64,000 nucleotides of DNA from Bacteroidales bacterium (GTDB lineage Bacteria; Bacteroidota; Bacteroidia; Bacteroidales; UBA12077), in assembly GCA_028282585.1 (NCBI GenBank), contig JANQHR010000028.1, positions 1 to 64,000 on the forward strand. The letters run 5' to 3'. Positions 28,884-38,875 of this stretch are shown in pieces. Numbering within the stretch: position 1 is the stretch's first letter; every line of letters starts with the position of its first letter. Position numbers and translations under genes: made by a program. The notes beneath the pieces are model-generated. The model was given only the letters and a program-made list of their open reading frames with translations, searched no databases and was not told where the DNA came from.

Positions 28884-29648
28884 ATGGCTCGTATCATTTC
28901 TGTTATTAATAATAAAGGTGGAACCGGTAAAACAACAACCGCTTTAAATCTAGGAACTGCTTTATCAAAATTAAAGTTTAAAGTTTTACTTATCGATTTT
29001 GACAGCCAAAGTAATTTGACATCAGCACTTGGTGTTAGCAGAGTCGAAAACCATATAGGCAAATTATTATTAAAAGATTCTGCAGTAGATAATACTATCC
29101 TTAAATTGAATCATTTATCATTAATTCCATCAACTAACTACTTATTGGATTATGAATACAGAATAAATAACGAACCGGGACGTGAGTTTCTTTTAAAAGA
29201 AACCCTGGATCCGATACAATCAAAATATGATTATATATTAGTTGATTGTGCGCCTAGTTTAGGAACATTTGCTATAAGTTCATTGGTAGCTGCAGATTAT
29301 TATATTGTTCCAATGCAAGCCGAAAACTTCGCATTTATTGGTCTAGATAAAATAATACAGATTACCGATAAAGTGAAAAAAAGAATGAATCCCAAAATAG
29401 AAATGGGAGGAATATTATTCGTGAAATTTTCAACCAGAACTAAATTCGGAAAAGCTGTTATTAAAAGCTTATCCGAAAATGAAAGATTCAAACATAAGGT
29501 TTTTGATACAAGAATTAGAACAGATATTTCTCTTATGGAATCAACAGCATTCGGACAAAATATTTATGATTATGCACCAAGATCAAGAGGTGCTGAAGAT
29601 TATTTAGATTTAGCAAAAGAATTATTACAGAAATATGGCAAAAACTAA
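28884..29648 (+). CDS. parA: ParA/Soj family ATPase
   Basis: ATG at 28884; deviant Walker A KGGTGKTT, DFDSQSN and DCAPSLG motifs. Confidence 0.9.
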   Translation: MARIISVINNKGGTGKTTTALNLGTALSKLKFKVLLIDFDSQSNLTSALGVSRVENHIGKLLLKDSAVDNTILKLNHLSLIPSTNYLLDYEYRINNEPGREFLLKETLDPIQSKYDYILVDCAPSLGTFAISSLVAADYYIVPMQAENFAFIGLDKIIQITDKVKKRMNPKIEMGGILFVKFSTRTKFGKAVIKSLSENERFKHKVFDTRIRTDISLMESTAFGQNIYDYAPRSRGAEDYLDLAKELLQKYGKN

Positions 29649-29922
29649 AAAGGATATATCCAAATTTCAGGAAGCTCTTTCTTCAAACACTGAATTTCTT
29701 AATGAAGATAATTTAGAAAATGAAGTTTTATTTGGAGATGAGATAAAGGGTAACCAAGTGGTTTCGATAGATGGCCTGATTTTTAAAAAATTGAAAATTC
29801 TGGCTATGTACAATAAAAGGGAAATGTGTGAGGTAATTCGTGAGGCTTTAAATCATTATTTACGACTTAAAAAGTTAGATATTGAAGCTGCGATGTTTGA
29901 GTTAACTAAAGAAAAAGAATGA
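29635..29922 (+). CDS. Small ParA-associated protein, probable C-terminal ribbon-helix-helix
   Basis: Overlaps the parA stop; VSID...KKLKILA...EVIREALNHYL beta-alpha-alpha pattern. Confidence 0.6.
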   Translation: MAKTKKDISKFQEALSSNTEFLNEDNLENEVLFGDEIKGNQVVSIDGLIFKKLKILAMYNKREMCEVIREALNHYLRLKKLDIEAAMFELTKEKE

Positions 29923-29926
29923 CAAT

Positions 29927-30017
29927 TGTCATTGCGAACCTGCCGCAGGCAAAAAGTGAAGCAATCTAATTTGTTATATAAAAATAGATTGCTTTGTTCG
30001 TTCCTTACTTGCACTGA
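29927..30017. repeat. REP-like palindrome, same family as the inner part of 8720-8864
   Basis: TGTCATTGCGAA...GAAGCAATCT...AGATTGCTT between convergent genes. Confidence 0.7.
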
Positions 30018-30029
30018 TCTTCAATGGTT

Positions 30030-31202
30030 TTATAAGCGGTATTTATATAATTCGCTTAGAGCCTGATAATAATCTCTCTCAACCATTAAATATTCATCGT
30101 ATATCTCGTAGTAATAAAACATCTCGATAAAGAATTCTATCACAGAAATTTCACCATTTTTTAATGATACATTTAATAATTCCTGGCTATTAACAGAACC
30201 TAAAACCGATTGATAATTTTCAAGATTTTCTTTTAAAGTTAAAATTTGATCATACCTTATCCTTGTTTCAGCAACTTTAGATTCATTCAAGGAAATGGCA
30301 CTTAAATCAAAATATTCTGATTCAATTTTAGCTTTTTGAATTGTCCTTTTGCTACTCCACAGTGGAATTGACACCCCAACTATCACACCTTTAAATCTTT
30401 CATTAACAATTGTCTCACTACTATAGCCCAAACTAAACTTAGGTAACTGCAAATTCTTAGTAATTTTAAGTTGCCTATTTGAGGCTTCGGCTGCTTTTTG
30501 TTGAGAAAGTAATTCAGGATCTGAAGAAAGTCTTTCAAAAAGAAGAGAATCTAATTCAATTAATGGTTGTTCCTGATAATCATCAACTGAAATATCAAGA
30601 TCATTTCCTCCATTGAGTTTTTTTATATTTTCTTTAATAATTAATAATTCAGACTTTAATAATTTTTCTTCTTTTTTAACTTGCATCAAATGAAGTTTCG
30701 TTTTATTCACTTCCAAAGCATTTGCATCGCCCACTTCCAATCGAATCAAATATGCATTATGAATATCATCAGCAAATTTCAATCGTTTATCATTTATTGC
30801 TGTTTTTTTCATTAAATATACATATTCATTCAAAAGTATTTTAACTTCATTTAAGACATCTTGTTTTAGAATCAAATGGTTATATTCCTCCTGGTTAATC
30901 ATTAAATTAGCATAAGCCTTATGATTTATATAATAATAAGGCATTTGAAATGATTGACTCACCTCAAAAACTTCCCTGGTTCCAGGAACAGAAGAATTAT
31001 CAGGAAAATATCCATACGTTAACTTAGGACCTTCAGGTAGATTATCTTTCTTGTATTCATATGATTTACTTTCAATATATTTTTTCCCTGCTTGTATATC
31101 TTTATTATTTTCTTCAATAGTATTTAAAATCTCATCAAATGATTGAGAAAAAACGCTTGCTGATAGAAATAATAATGAAATAAATATTGTCTTAGTTTTC
31201 AT
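30030..31202 (-). CDS. TolC/CzcC-family outer membrane efflux protein
   Basis: Signal peptide, GVSIPLW, GEIS motif; last gene of the RND operon. Confidence 0.88.
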   Translation of the reverse strand: MKTKTIFISLLFLSASVFSQSFDEILNTIEENNKDIQAGKKYIESKSYEYKKDNLPEGPKLTYGYFPDNSSVPGTREVFEVSQSFQMPYYYINHKAYANLMINQEEYNHLILKQDVLNEVKILLNEYVYLMKKTAINDKRLKFADDIHNAYLIRLEVGDANALEVNKTKLHLMQVKKEEKLLKSELLIIKENIKKLNGGNDLDISVDDYQEQPLIELDSLLFERLSSDPELLSQQKAAEASNRQLKITKNLQLPKFSLGYSSETIVNERFKGVIVGVSIPLWSSKRTIQKAKIESEYFDLSAISLNESKVAETRIRYDQILTLKENLENYQSVLGSVNSQELLNVSLKNGEISVIEFFIEMFYYYEIYDEYLMVERDYYQALSELYKYRL

Positions 31203-34200
31203 CTTTTATCTCCTTTTTGTGAATTAAATAATAAATTACCGGAACAAGATAAATATTTAACAATGTTGACGTTAATAGTCCTCCAAGAATAACCTTGGCC
31301 ATTGGACTTTGAATTTCATTCCCGGATACGTCTCCTTTAATTGCCAAAGGTATTAAAGCCAGTGCTGCTGTTAAAGCAGTCATCAAAATAGGATGCAAAC
31401 GATTTGCCGAACCTGAAGTAATATAAGTTTTCAAAGGTACGCCTTGCAACTCTAATTGTTGATAATGTGACATAAGTAATATTCCGTTTCGGGTAGCAAT
31501 ACCAAACAAAGTAATAAAACCAATAATTGAAGGAATACTTATAATTCCCGATGTAAAAAATATTGTGAATACGCCACCAATTAATGCAAGAGGTAAATTC
31601 ACCATAATTATAGCTGCAAGTTTCAGGTCTTTCAACTCTTGATACAACAGTAAGAAGATTATAAGAATTGCAATAGCCGAAACCAACATTAACGTTTGGG
31701 ATGCTCTTGCTTCGCTTTCGAATTGCCCACCATACTGAATCATATAATTTTCCGGTAAGGTAATGCTTTCATTAATTTCCTTCTGAATATCAGTTACAAC
31801 ACTTCGCAAATCTCGTTCAGCTACATTCGCAGAAATAACAACTTTTCGTTGCACATTTTCCCGGCTTATTGAACTTGGGCCGGCAACGGAAACTATATTC
31901 GCAACTTGCTCCAATGGTACTTTCTTGCCATCTTCAGTATCGATTAACGCACTTCTAATTCCTTTAATAGATTCTGTATAATCTTTATTTAAGCGAATTA
32001 TTAAATCAAACTTTCGTTGGCCTTCGTAGATATCACCTAGCTTTTCTCCGGCAAATGCCAGCTCAACAAACTCGTTAAATGTATTCATTGAGATTCCATA
32101 ACGAGCTAGCATTTCACGATTTGCTTTTATCTGAATCTGTGGGATTTCAACTTGCTGCTCAACGTTTACATCAACCAATCCAGGAACACTTGCTATGGTA
32201 TTCTGAATTTGATTACCAATAGTAAACATTTTGTTAAGATCAGTTCCAAAAAGCTTTATGGCTATATTTGCGCGTGTCCCGGAAAGCATGTGATCAATTC
32301 TGTGTCCTAATGGCTGACCTACGGTAGCTGCAATTCCCGGAACACCCGCAAGCTTATCGCGAACATCTGCCATAAATTCATCACGGCTTCTTTCATCCAG
32401 TTCAAAATTCACATCAATCTCTGCACTGTTAGTGGTTAGAGAATGTTCATCCAATTCACCGCGTCCCGTGCGTCGTGCCGTACTTGATACCTCAGGTATT
32501 GCTAAAAGTTCTGTTTCAATAAGATTACCTAAACGATTGCTTTCTTCCAATGAAATTCCAGGTTTACTAATTACAGAAATCGTTAAAGCACCTTCGTTAA
32601 ATTCCGGCAAGAAACTACGTCCCATAGTAGAAAGTGCTACTAACGAAATTATAAACAAGCCAATTGCTCCAAATAAAACAACTTTTTTATAGCGCAGAAC
32701 CCATTCTAAAGTTTTAATATACCCTCTATTTAACTTTGTAATAAACCAACTGTCTTTCTCTTTACGTATTAAATATCTTTCGTTAGATAGCATCAGCTTG
32801 CAAAGAAGTGGTGTTAGTGTCATTGCTACAATAGTTGATATACATAATGAAACAATATAAGCAATACCTAAAGGTTTTAACATTCTGCCTTCCATTCCTG
32901 TGAGGAAGAATAAGGGCACAAATGCTGCAATAATTATAAATGTTGCATATATAATTGAAGCTCGAATCTCTTTTGAAGCCTCATAAACCACGTGGAATGG
33001 AGATTCTCTTTCTTTTTTAGGTAGTTTATGATTTTGCCGCAATCGTTTATATACATTTTCTACATCGATAATTGCATCATCAACCAGAGATCCAATAGCA
33101 ATGGCCATTCCACCCAAACTCATTGTATTAATATTTAATCCGAGTAGTTTTAATACGATAATGGTTCCTAACAAAGAAATTGGAATTGCAATAACAGAAA
33201 TAATTGTAGTTCGGAAACTACCTAAAAAGATGAATAGAATTAAAATTACAAATATGGCACCTTCAATTAATGCTCTTTGTACATTGTATACCGATTTTTC
33301 AATAAAATCCGCCTGACGAAAAATTTCACTGTCTAATGTAACATCTGCTGGAAGTGTTTTTCTCAACTCTTCCAGATTTTTTTCGATATTTTCAGTGAGC
33401 TTTAATGTATTTGTATTAGGTTGTTTCGATATAGAAAGTATAACAGATGGTTTTGCATTTTGAGATGCATAACCCATTTTAACAGCTGAACCTATTTTAA
33501 CTTCTGCCACATCGTTAACCAATACAGGCCTTCCGTTCAATGTTTTTACATAGGAGTTTCTCAACTGCTCAAGATCGAATGTTTTACCAATTCCACGAAC
33601 TACGTATTCGTTACCATATTCGCGTACAACGCTACCCGCTGAATTATTACTAATTCCTTCGCAAACTGTAGCTAATTCTTCCAAAGAAACACCATAATAT
33701 TTCATTTTTATAGGATCTGCTAAAACCTGATATTGTTTATAATCACCACCAATTATGGTTACCTGCGAAACTCCACCAGTTGCCAATAGCACGGGTTTTA
33801 CATTCCAGTCTGCAATAGTTCTTAAGTCCATTAATGAGGTAGAATCAGATTGTAATCCTATAAATAAAATCTCACCCATTACAGACGATTGCGGAGCTAA
33901 CATAGGCTGTCCGATATTTAAAGGCATTTGACCTGCAAGCGTTACCATTTTTTCGCTTACGACCTGTCTTGCTTTATATATATCTGTTCCCCAATCGAAC
34001 TCAACCCAGACAAAAGAAAACCCCTGGCTCGATACGGAACGCACACGACGCACATCCGTTGCACCATTAACAGCCGTTTCTATAGGGAAAGTTACCATTC
34101 TTTCTACTTCTTCTGCTGCCATTCCATGCGCATCTGTCATAACAACAACCGTAGGTGCTGTTAAATCCGGAAACACATCCACATCCATTCTTTGAGCCGT

Positions 34201-34287
34201 ATAAAAACCCGTAAACATAAGAGCCGCAGCACTAAGAAGTATAAAGAACTTATTGTTCAAGGAAAATTTTATAATATTATTTAACAT
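31192..34287 (-). CDS. CzcA/CusA-family heavy-metal RND permease
   Basis: DVFPDL, VDDAIIDVEN, FLPEFNEG and RLHPILMT motifs; 1031 aa. Confidence 0.93.
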   Translation of the reverse strand: MLNNIIKFSLNNKFFILLSAAALMFTGFYTAQRMDVDVFPDLTAPTVVVMTDAHGMAAEEVERMVTFPIETAVNGATDVRRVRSVSSQGFSFVWVEFDWGTDIYKARQVVSEKMVTLAGQMPLNIGQPMLAPQSSVMGEILFIGLQSDSTSLMDLRTIADWNVKPVLLATGGVSQVTIIGGDYKQYQVLADPIKMKYYGVSLEELATVCEGISNNSAGSVVREYGNEYVVRGIGKTFDLEQLRNSYVKTLNGRPVLVNDVAEVKIGSAVKMGYASQNAKPSVILSISKQPNTNTLKLTENIEKNLEELRKTLPADVTLDSEIFRQADFIEKSVYNVQRALIEGAIFVILILFIFLGSFRTTIISVIAIPISLLGTIIVLKLLGLNINTMSLGGMAIAIGSLVDDAIIDVENVYKRLRQNHKLPKKERESPFHVVYEASKEIRASIIYATFIIIAAFVPLFFLTGMEGRMLKPLGIAYIVSLCISTIVAMTLTPLLCKLMLSNERYLIRKEKDSWFITKLNRGYIKTLEWVLRYKKVVLFGAIGLFIISLVALSTMGRSFLPEFNEGALTISVISKPGISLEESNRLGNLIETELLAIPEVSSTARRTGRGELDEHSLTTNSAEIDVNFELDERSRDEFMADVRDKLAGVPGIAATVGQPLGHRIDHMLSGTRANIAIKLFGTDLNKMFTIGNQIQNTIASVPGLVDVNVEQQVEIPQIQIKANREMLARYGISMNTFNEFVELAFAGEKLGDIYEGQRKFDLIIRLNKDYTESIKGIRSALIDTEDGKKVPLEQVANIVSVAGPSSISRENVQRKVVISANVAERDLRSVVTDIQKEINESITLPENYMIQYGGQFESEARASQTLMLVSAIAILIIFLLLYQELKDLKLAAIIMVNLPLALIGGVFTIFFTSGIISIPSIIGFITLFGIATRNGILLMSHYQQLELQGVPLKTYITSGSANRLHPILMTALTAALALIPLAIKGDVSGNEIQSPMAKVILGGLLTSTLLNIYLVPVIYYLIHKKEIKDEN

Positions 34288-34299
34288 AGTATTTCAATT

Positions 34300-35820
34300 T
34301 TAGTGAACATGTCCTGCATGAGGGTCTAAACTATTTGAAACTGCAGCCAGTTTTACAATAATCGCACCTTTTGTAACTATCCTGTCCGTTTCTTTAATTC
34401 CGGTAATGATTTGCGTTTTTATTCCATCGGATAACCCGATTTTCACCTCTCGTTTTTCAAACATCTCAGGTGTAATCTGTACAAATACAAAATAGTTAGC
34501 TTGCTCTTCCACCAATGCAGAATTCGGCACTAATAAGGCTTTTTCTTTTGAGTTAGTTTTAATAAATATTTCTACAAAACTTCCGGCTAAAAAGTTCTCA
34601 TTGTCATCAATCTGAAAATTTACAGGTATTAAAAATCCTTCATCTCCATCAATATGTTTACCATAAGAAAGTAACTTGCCATTTAATTCCCTTTCTGAAT
34701 AGTATTTATTATTTGTAGTTGATTTTATATTGAATGATGTAATTGAGCTTAAGTAAGGGAAATAACTTTGCTGAACTTCAGCTTTTACAATAAGCTTATG
34801 TTCTTCTTTGCAAACAGAAAATAAAGCTTCACCAGCTTCTACATATTGCCCATTTTCCACATATACATGGTTAATTGTACCTTTCTCAGAAGAAAAAACA
34901 ACCTGTCCACTCTCATTAAAATTACTTTCTAAATTCTCGAACACAGCTTTTGCATTTTCATAAATAACCTTGGCTTCTTCTACTTCTTTTTCTGAAACAA
35001 TTTGATTTTGCGATAAAGCCAGTTTTCTTTCATAATCTGCTTTTGCAGCTTCGAAATTGTTTTTTGCTTCCAGAAATCGAACTTCTGCGTTATCGTTTGC
35101 TAAACCATTGCCGGAAATAGTTAAAAATGACTCGCCGCTTTTTAACTCCTGCCCCTCAAGAATATTCTTATGAAATTTAACTACTCCATTGGTTTTAGCC
35201 GTAATTAGTGTTTCGCTGTTTTGATCTGGTAAAAGTTGAGCTGATGTTTTAATGACTTTTCCAAAGTAGTCAAAAGATGGATATTCGGTTCTAAAATCAA
35301 TTTTCCAGGACTGCTCCTTCGTAAAATTAATAGCATTTACATGCTCAGATTGTTTTTTATTAGCTATATGAATTGCTGAATGTTCATCGTCATAAACAAC
35401 TATTTCTGTTTCAATTATATGCTTTTTATCAGAATTAATTTCAAAAGTTAATCTTCCGGAACCACTCATTTCGGGTTTTAGGGAAAATTTAAAAATCCCT
35501 GGAGTTTCGCTCGTTTCAACTGTCTGTTTATTTTCACCACTTCCAACTTTTAATATTGCAGTTACCGAAGCATTAGTTAGAGGTTTAAAGCCTGGTATTG
35601 AAGTAAAATGAGCAACTATTTCAGAGTCATTACCTTTTGAAAATGGATCTGCTTCTGCAAATAACTCATAATAATTTGAATATTCAATTAGTTGAAGTTT
35701 TACGTCACCATGATCGTAACTGCTATGATCATGATCGTGTTCATGATTATCTGATTCTTTAATACTACAACTTACTGTAAATATGGTCAGAATCAGAATA
35801 AATATTGAAACTTGTTTCAT
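34300..35820 (-). CDS. RND periplasmic adaptor (CzcB-like) lipoprotein with His-rich termini
   Basis: Lipobox TVSC, HEHDHDH, C-terminal PHAGHVH; upstream of the RND permease. Confidence 0.9.
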   Translation of the reverse strand: MKQVSIFILILTIFTVSCSIKESDNHEHDHDHSSYDHGDVKLQLIEYSNYYELFAEADPFSKGNDSEIVAHFTSIPGFKPLTNASVTAILKVGSGENKQTVETSETPGIFKFSLKPEMSGSGRLTFEINSDKKHIIETEIVVYDDEHSAIHIANKKQSEHVNAINFTKEQSWKIDFRTEYPSFDYFGKVIKTSAQLLPDQNSETLITAKTNGVVKFHKNILEGQELKSGESFLTISGNGLANDNAEVRFLEAKNNFEAAKADYERKLALSQNQIVSEKEVEEAKVIYENAKAVFENLESNFNESGQVVFSSEKGTINHVYVENGQYVEAGEALFSVCKEEHKLIVKAEVQQSYFPYLSSITSFNIKSTTNNKYYSERELNGKLLSYGKHIDGDEGFLIPVNFQIDDNENFLAGSFVEIFIKTNSKEKALLVPNSALVEEQANYFVFVQITPEMFEKREVKIGLSDGIKTQIITGIKETDRIVTKGAIIVKLAAVSNSLDPHAGHVH

Positions 35821-35908
35821 TTTATCTAAAATTTATTATGTATTTAATATGAATTCAAGTTAGAAGTTAATATTAACCTCTAAGCTTCTATCTATGTATA
35901 TAGTTGTA

Positions 35909-36316
35909 TTAACCTATAGATGGTGGTCCTCTGAGGTGATTTGTTTTCGGTAATTGTTCAAAAACAATTTTAGTATGGAAAGTAAAATTATCCGATTTTT
36001 CTGTAATTGGGTATGAAAAAAAGGTACTTTCATTATTTGCTATAAAAGTTTTATCTATTGAAATTCCCGTTAAAACGTCTACATGGAAATGGCACACATG
36101 CTCATGGCGATCATGATTACATTTATGAACCTGTTCATTGTTCAGATCATCATCGTGATTGTGAGAATGGTGGCAATCGTTATGGTGGTCATGTGAATGG
36201 CTCCTATCCGAATAAAACTTCTCGACATGATGGTGATGCGGAATAACGCTATGGGCAAAGATAATTGCCCACGCTAAAAATAAAATAGATAATATTATTT
36301 TTTTGTTCCTTATCAC
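35909..36316 (-). CDS. His-rich leader protein (DUF6769-like) ending in an RGPP arrest-like motif
   Basis: TM/signal helix, IPHHHH, 19 His and 3 Cys in residues 22-78, RGPP at residues 129-132; first gene of the efflux operon. Confidence 0.8.
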   Translation of the reverse strand: MIRNKKIILSILFLAWAIIFAHSVIPHHHHVEKFYSDRSHSHDHHNDCHHSHNHDDDLNNEQVHKCNHDRHEHVCHFHVDVLTGISIDKTFIANNESTFFSYPITEKSDNFTFHTKIVFEQLPKTNHLRGPPSIG

Positions 36317-36320
36317 AGGT

Positions 36321-36328
36321 CAAATATA
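36321..36328 (-). promoter_or_regulatory. -7 promoter element implying a leaderless mRNA
   Basis: Minus strand TATATTTG-acct-GTG. Confidence 0.65.
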
Positions 36329-36357
36329 ATGAATAATTCCATTTTTACTATGATATG

Positions 36358-36384
36358 AAAAAGGGCACCTGGTTAAAAGTGCCC
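36358..36384 (-). terminator. Intrinsic terminator after ABC permease 1
   Basis: Minus strand GGGCAC-N10-GTGCCC followed by TTTTT. Confidence 0.65.
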
Positions 36385-36405
36385 ATAAAATACATTTAAT
36401 TTTAT

Positions 36406-38775
36406 TTATTCATATTTAAGAATGGTTGCAGGATTAGCTCTAGATGCTTTTAAAGATTGATATAATACTGATATCTGGGCAATAAACATAACAAGGATTC
36501 CTGCTAATAAAAAAACGTAGTAATCAAGTCCTGTTCTGTAAGAAAAATTCTGCAGCCATTTATCCAAATAAAAATATGCAAATGGCCAGGCTATTATCAT
36601 CGAAACTATTACCCATTTTGTAAATTCCCATGTTAGCATTCTTGTAATTGTTTGACTGGAAGCTCCGTGGGCTTTTCTTATTCCTATTTCTTTTGTTCTT
36701 CTTTCTGTCATATATGATGCTAACCCAAACAACCCTAAACAGGATAGAAATATGGCTATTGCGGCAAAAATTCCAAAAAGGCTACCTAACTTTTGTTCAG
36801 ACTTATAAAGTTTATCATATTCTTCATTCAAAAACTTAAAATCCATAGGAAATTCACCATTAAACTGATTCCATACTTCATTAATTTCCTTAATTGTCTT
36901 TTGTATTTCTGTACCATCAATTTTTATGAATATATAACCATATACATTTTTATTTAATGCAAGTACTAATGGTTCAACAGGTCTGTGTAAGGATTTAAAA
37001 TTAAAATCTTTCATAATTCCAATTATGTATCCCTTTGTATCCCAGAATTCAAACCATTTACCAATTGGCTCTTTAAGTTTCATTTGTTTTATTGCAGTTT
37101 CATTTAAAATAAAATTAGAAGAATCGGCAGGCCTGCTAAGATCGAAGTTTCTGCCTTCGATAAGATTTATATCAAAAGTTTGAACATATTCATGATCTGC
37201 AAAATACCAGTGAATTAGAACATGATCTTCTTCAGATTGTGTAGTATCCCTATCTTCCCAATCAATTCCTGTTGTAGAATTAACTGTATAAGTTGGAATA
37301 TTATTTGAATAAGTAACATTACTTACACCGCTTAGATTTTTTAATTCGGTTTTTAATGAAAAATAGTTATCATATAAATCACCTCTTATAGATGTATAAA
37401 GAATCTGTTCTTTATTAATTCCCAAATTTCTTTTTTGTATATAATTAAGTTGTTTGTAAACGAAAAAAGTTCCAATAATTAAGGCAATAGATAAAGTAAA
37501 TTGAAATATAACAAGTACTTTTCTAAAAATCGATGATCCTGATTGAACATCTCCTTTTAGCACATTAACAGGGATAAAAGAAGATAAATAAAATGCCGGG
37601 TAACTGCCTGCCAATAATCCCGTGAATAATAGAATTAATAATAAGCCGTATAAAAATTGACCGTTTGAATAATTAACTTCTAAAGCTTTACCGGTAAACT
37701 GATTTATATAAGGTAATAGTAACTCAACACTTATTATTGCTAAAAAATAGGAAATAATGGTCAATATTAATGATTCTCCAATAAATTGAAATATTAACTG
37801 TCGCCGTGAAGCACCTGAAACTTTTCTAATTCCTACTTCGCGAGCCCTTCTGGTTGCCCGGGCTGTTGAAAGATTCATGTAGTTAATAACGACAATCAGT
37901 ATAATTATTAAACCAACAACAGAAAAAAGATAAACATATTGATATTGTATTTCGGTATGTGAATATACATCAATATTAAAATCAGATTTTAAATGTATCT
38001 CACTTAATGGCTGTAAATAGTAAGTTTGATTAATCTCATAATCGTAAACCTCTTGTGCACTTTCCGTAAACTTACTATTCATACTTTTATAATCTGTATT
38101 ATTATCAAATAGTACATATGCATAATAATAGTTATTGTTCCAACTAATATTCCATCCAATTTCTTCCAATCTTTTAAATGGAACTAAAGCATTGAATTGT
38201 AAATGAGAATTTGACGGCACATCTTCAACAACACCAACTACAGTATAAATGCTTGATTGGTTTATCATTATATCTTTTCCTATTGGATTTTCCTGCCCAA
38301 AGCATTTTCTCGCAAATGATTCTGTAATAAGCATACTGGTGGTTAACTCCTTAAATTGTTCAAGAGATCCTTCTTTAATCCTAAAACTGAAAATATCAAA
38401 AAACTCCGGATCGACATAACCGTATCCGTCATCATAAAACTTTTTATCACCGCACGTAAACAATAGCTTACTTGTATATGGCCTAAATCTTGCCGATTTT
38501 AAAATTTCCGGAAACTCTTCATCAAACTTTTTTACCATTGGTGCCGGAGTTGCAGCAACTTTAAACTCACCATCGGTATGTTGTTGAGCTTGTACTAACC
38601 TATATATGGATTCATAATTTTCATGGAATTTATCATAATTAAGTTCATCTAAAATCCATAAATAGATAATCACCGAACATGCTAAGCCCGTTGCTAAGCC
38701 TAAAATATTTATTACCGTGTATCCCTTATACCGAATTAAAAACCGATATGCTATAAGTAAATAATTCCTTAACAT
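36406..38775 (-). CDS. MacB/FtsX-like ABC transporter permease (duplicated-domain type)
   Basis: REVGIRKVSGA and KEIGIRKAHGAS motifs, ends NPATILKYE. Confidence 0.92.
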   Translation of the reverse strand: MLRNYLLIAYRFLIRYKGYTVINILGLATGLACSVIIYLWILDELNYDKFHENYESIYRLVQAQQHTDGEFKVAATPAPMVKKFDEEFPEILKSARFRPYTSKLLFTCGDKKFYDDGYGYVDPEFFDIFSFRIKEGSLEQFKELTTSMLITESFARKCFGQENPIGKDIMINQSSIYTVVGVVEDVPSNSHLQFNALVPFKRLEEIGWNISWNNNYYYAYVLFDNNTDYKSMNSKFTESAQEVYDYEINQTYYLQPLSEIHLKSDFNIDVYSHTEIQYQYVYLFSVVGLIIILIVVINYMNLSTARATRRAREVGIRKVSGASRRQLIFQFIGESLILTIISYFLAIISVELLLPYINQFTGKALEVNYSNGQFLYGLLLILLFTGLLAGSYPAFYLSSFIPVNVLKGDVQSGSSIFRKVLVIFQFTLSIALIIGTFFVYKQLNYIQKRNLGINKEQILYTSIRGDLYDNYFSLKTELKNLSGVSNVTYSNNIPTYTVNSTTGIDWEDRDTTQSEEDHVLIHWYFADHEYVQTFDINLIEGRNFDLSRPADSSNFILNETAIKQMKLKEPIGKWFEFWDTKGYIIGIMKDFNFKSLHRPVEPLVLALNKNVYGYIFIKIDGTEIQKTIKEINEVWNQFNGEFPMDFKFLNEEYDKLYKSEQKLGSLFGIFAAIAIFLSCLGLFGLASYMTERRTKEIGIRKAHGASSQTITRMLTWEFTKWVIVSMIIAWPFAYFYLDKWLQNFSYRTGLDYYVFLLAGILVMFIAQISVLYQSLKASRANPATILKYE

Positions 38776-38806
38776 AATTTATCAAATTTAATATTTACTA
38801 CTAATA

Positions 38807-38822
38807 GTCCAAAAAGATGCCA
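38807..38822 (-). promoter_or_regulatory. sigma54 -24/-12 promoter of permease 1
   Basis: Minus strand TGGCAT-CTTTT-TGGA; -24 is good, -12 deviates; next to a bEBP gene. Confidence 0.55.
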
Positions 38823-38875
38823 AATAAAAAAAAGTCTCATATTCAATATTTTATAAAAATTATACTTTGTACATT

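Noticed and set aside
36058-36246. His/Gly-rich plus-strand ORF
   Set aside because: Antisense shadow of the His codons of the minus-strand leader
36327-36345. Fur/Zur-like box at the efflux leader promoter
   Set aside because: AATG-N8-CATT is too short and imperfect for this AT-rich background
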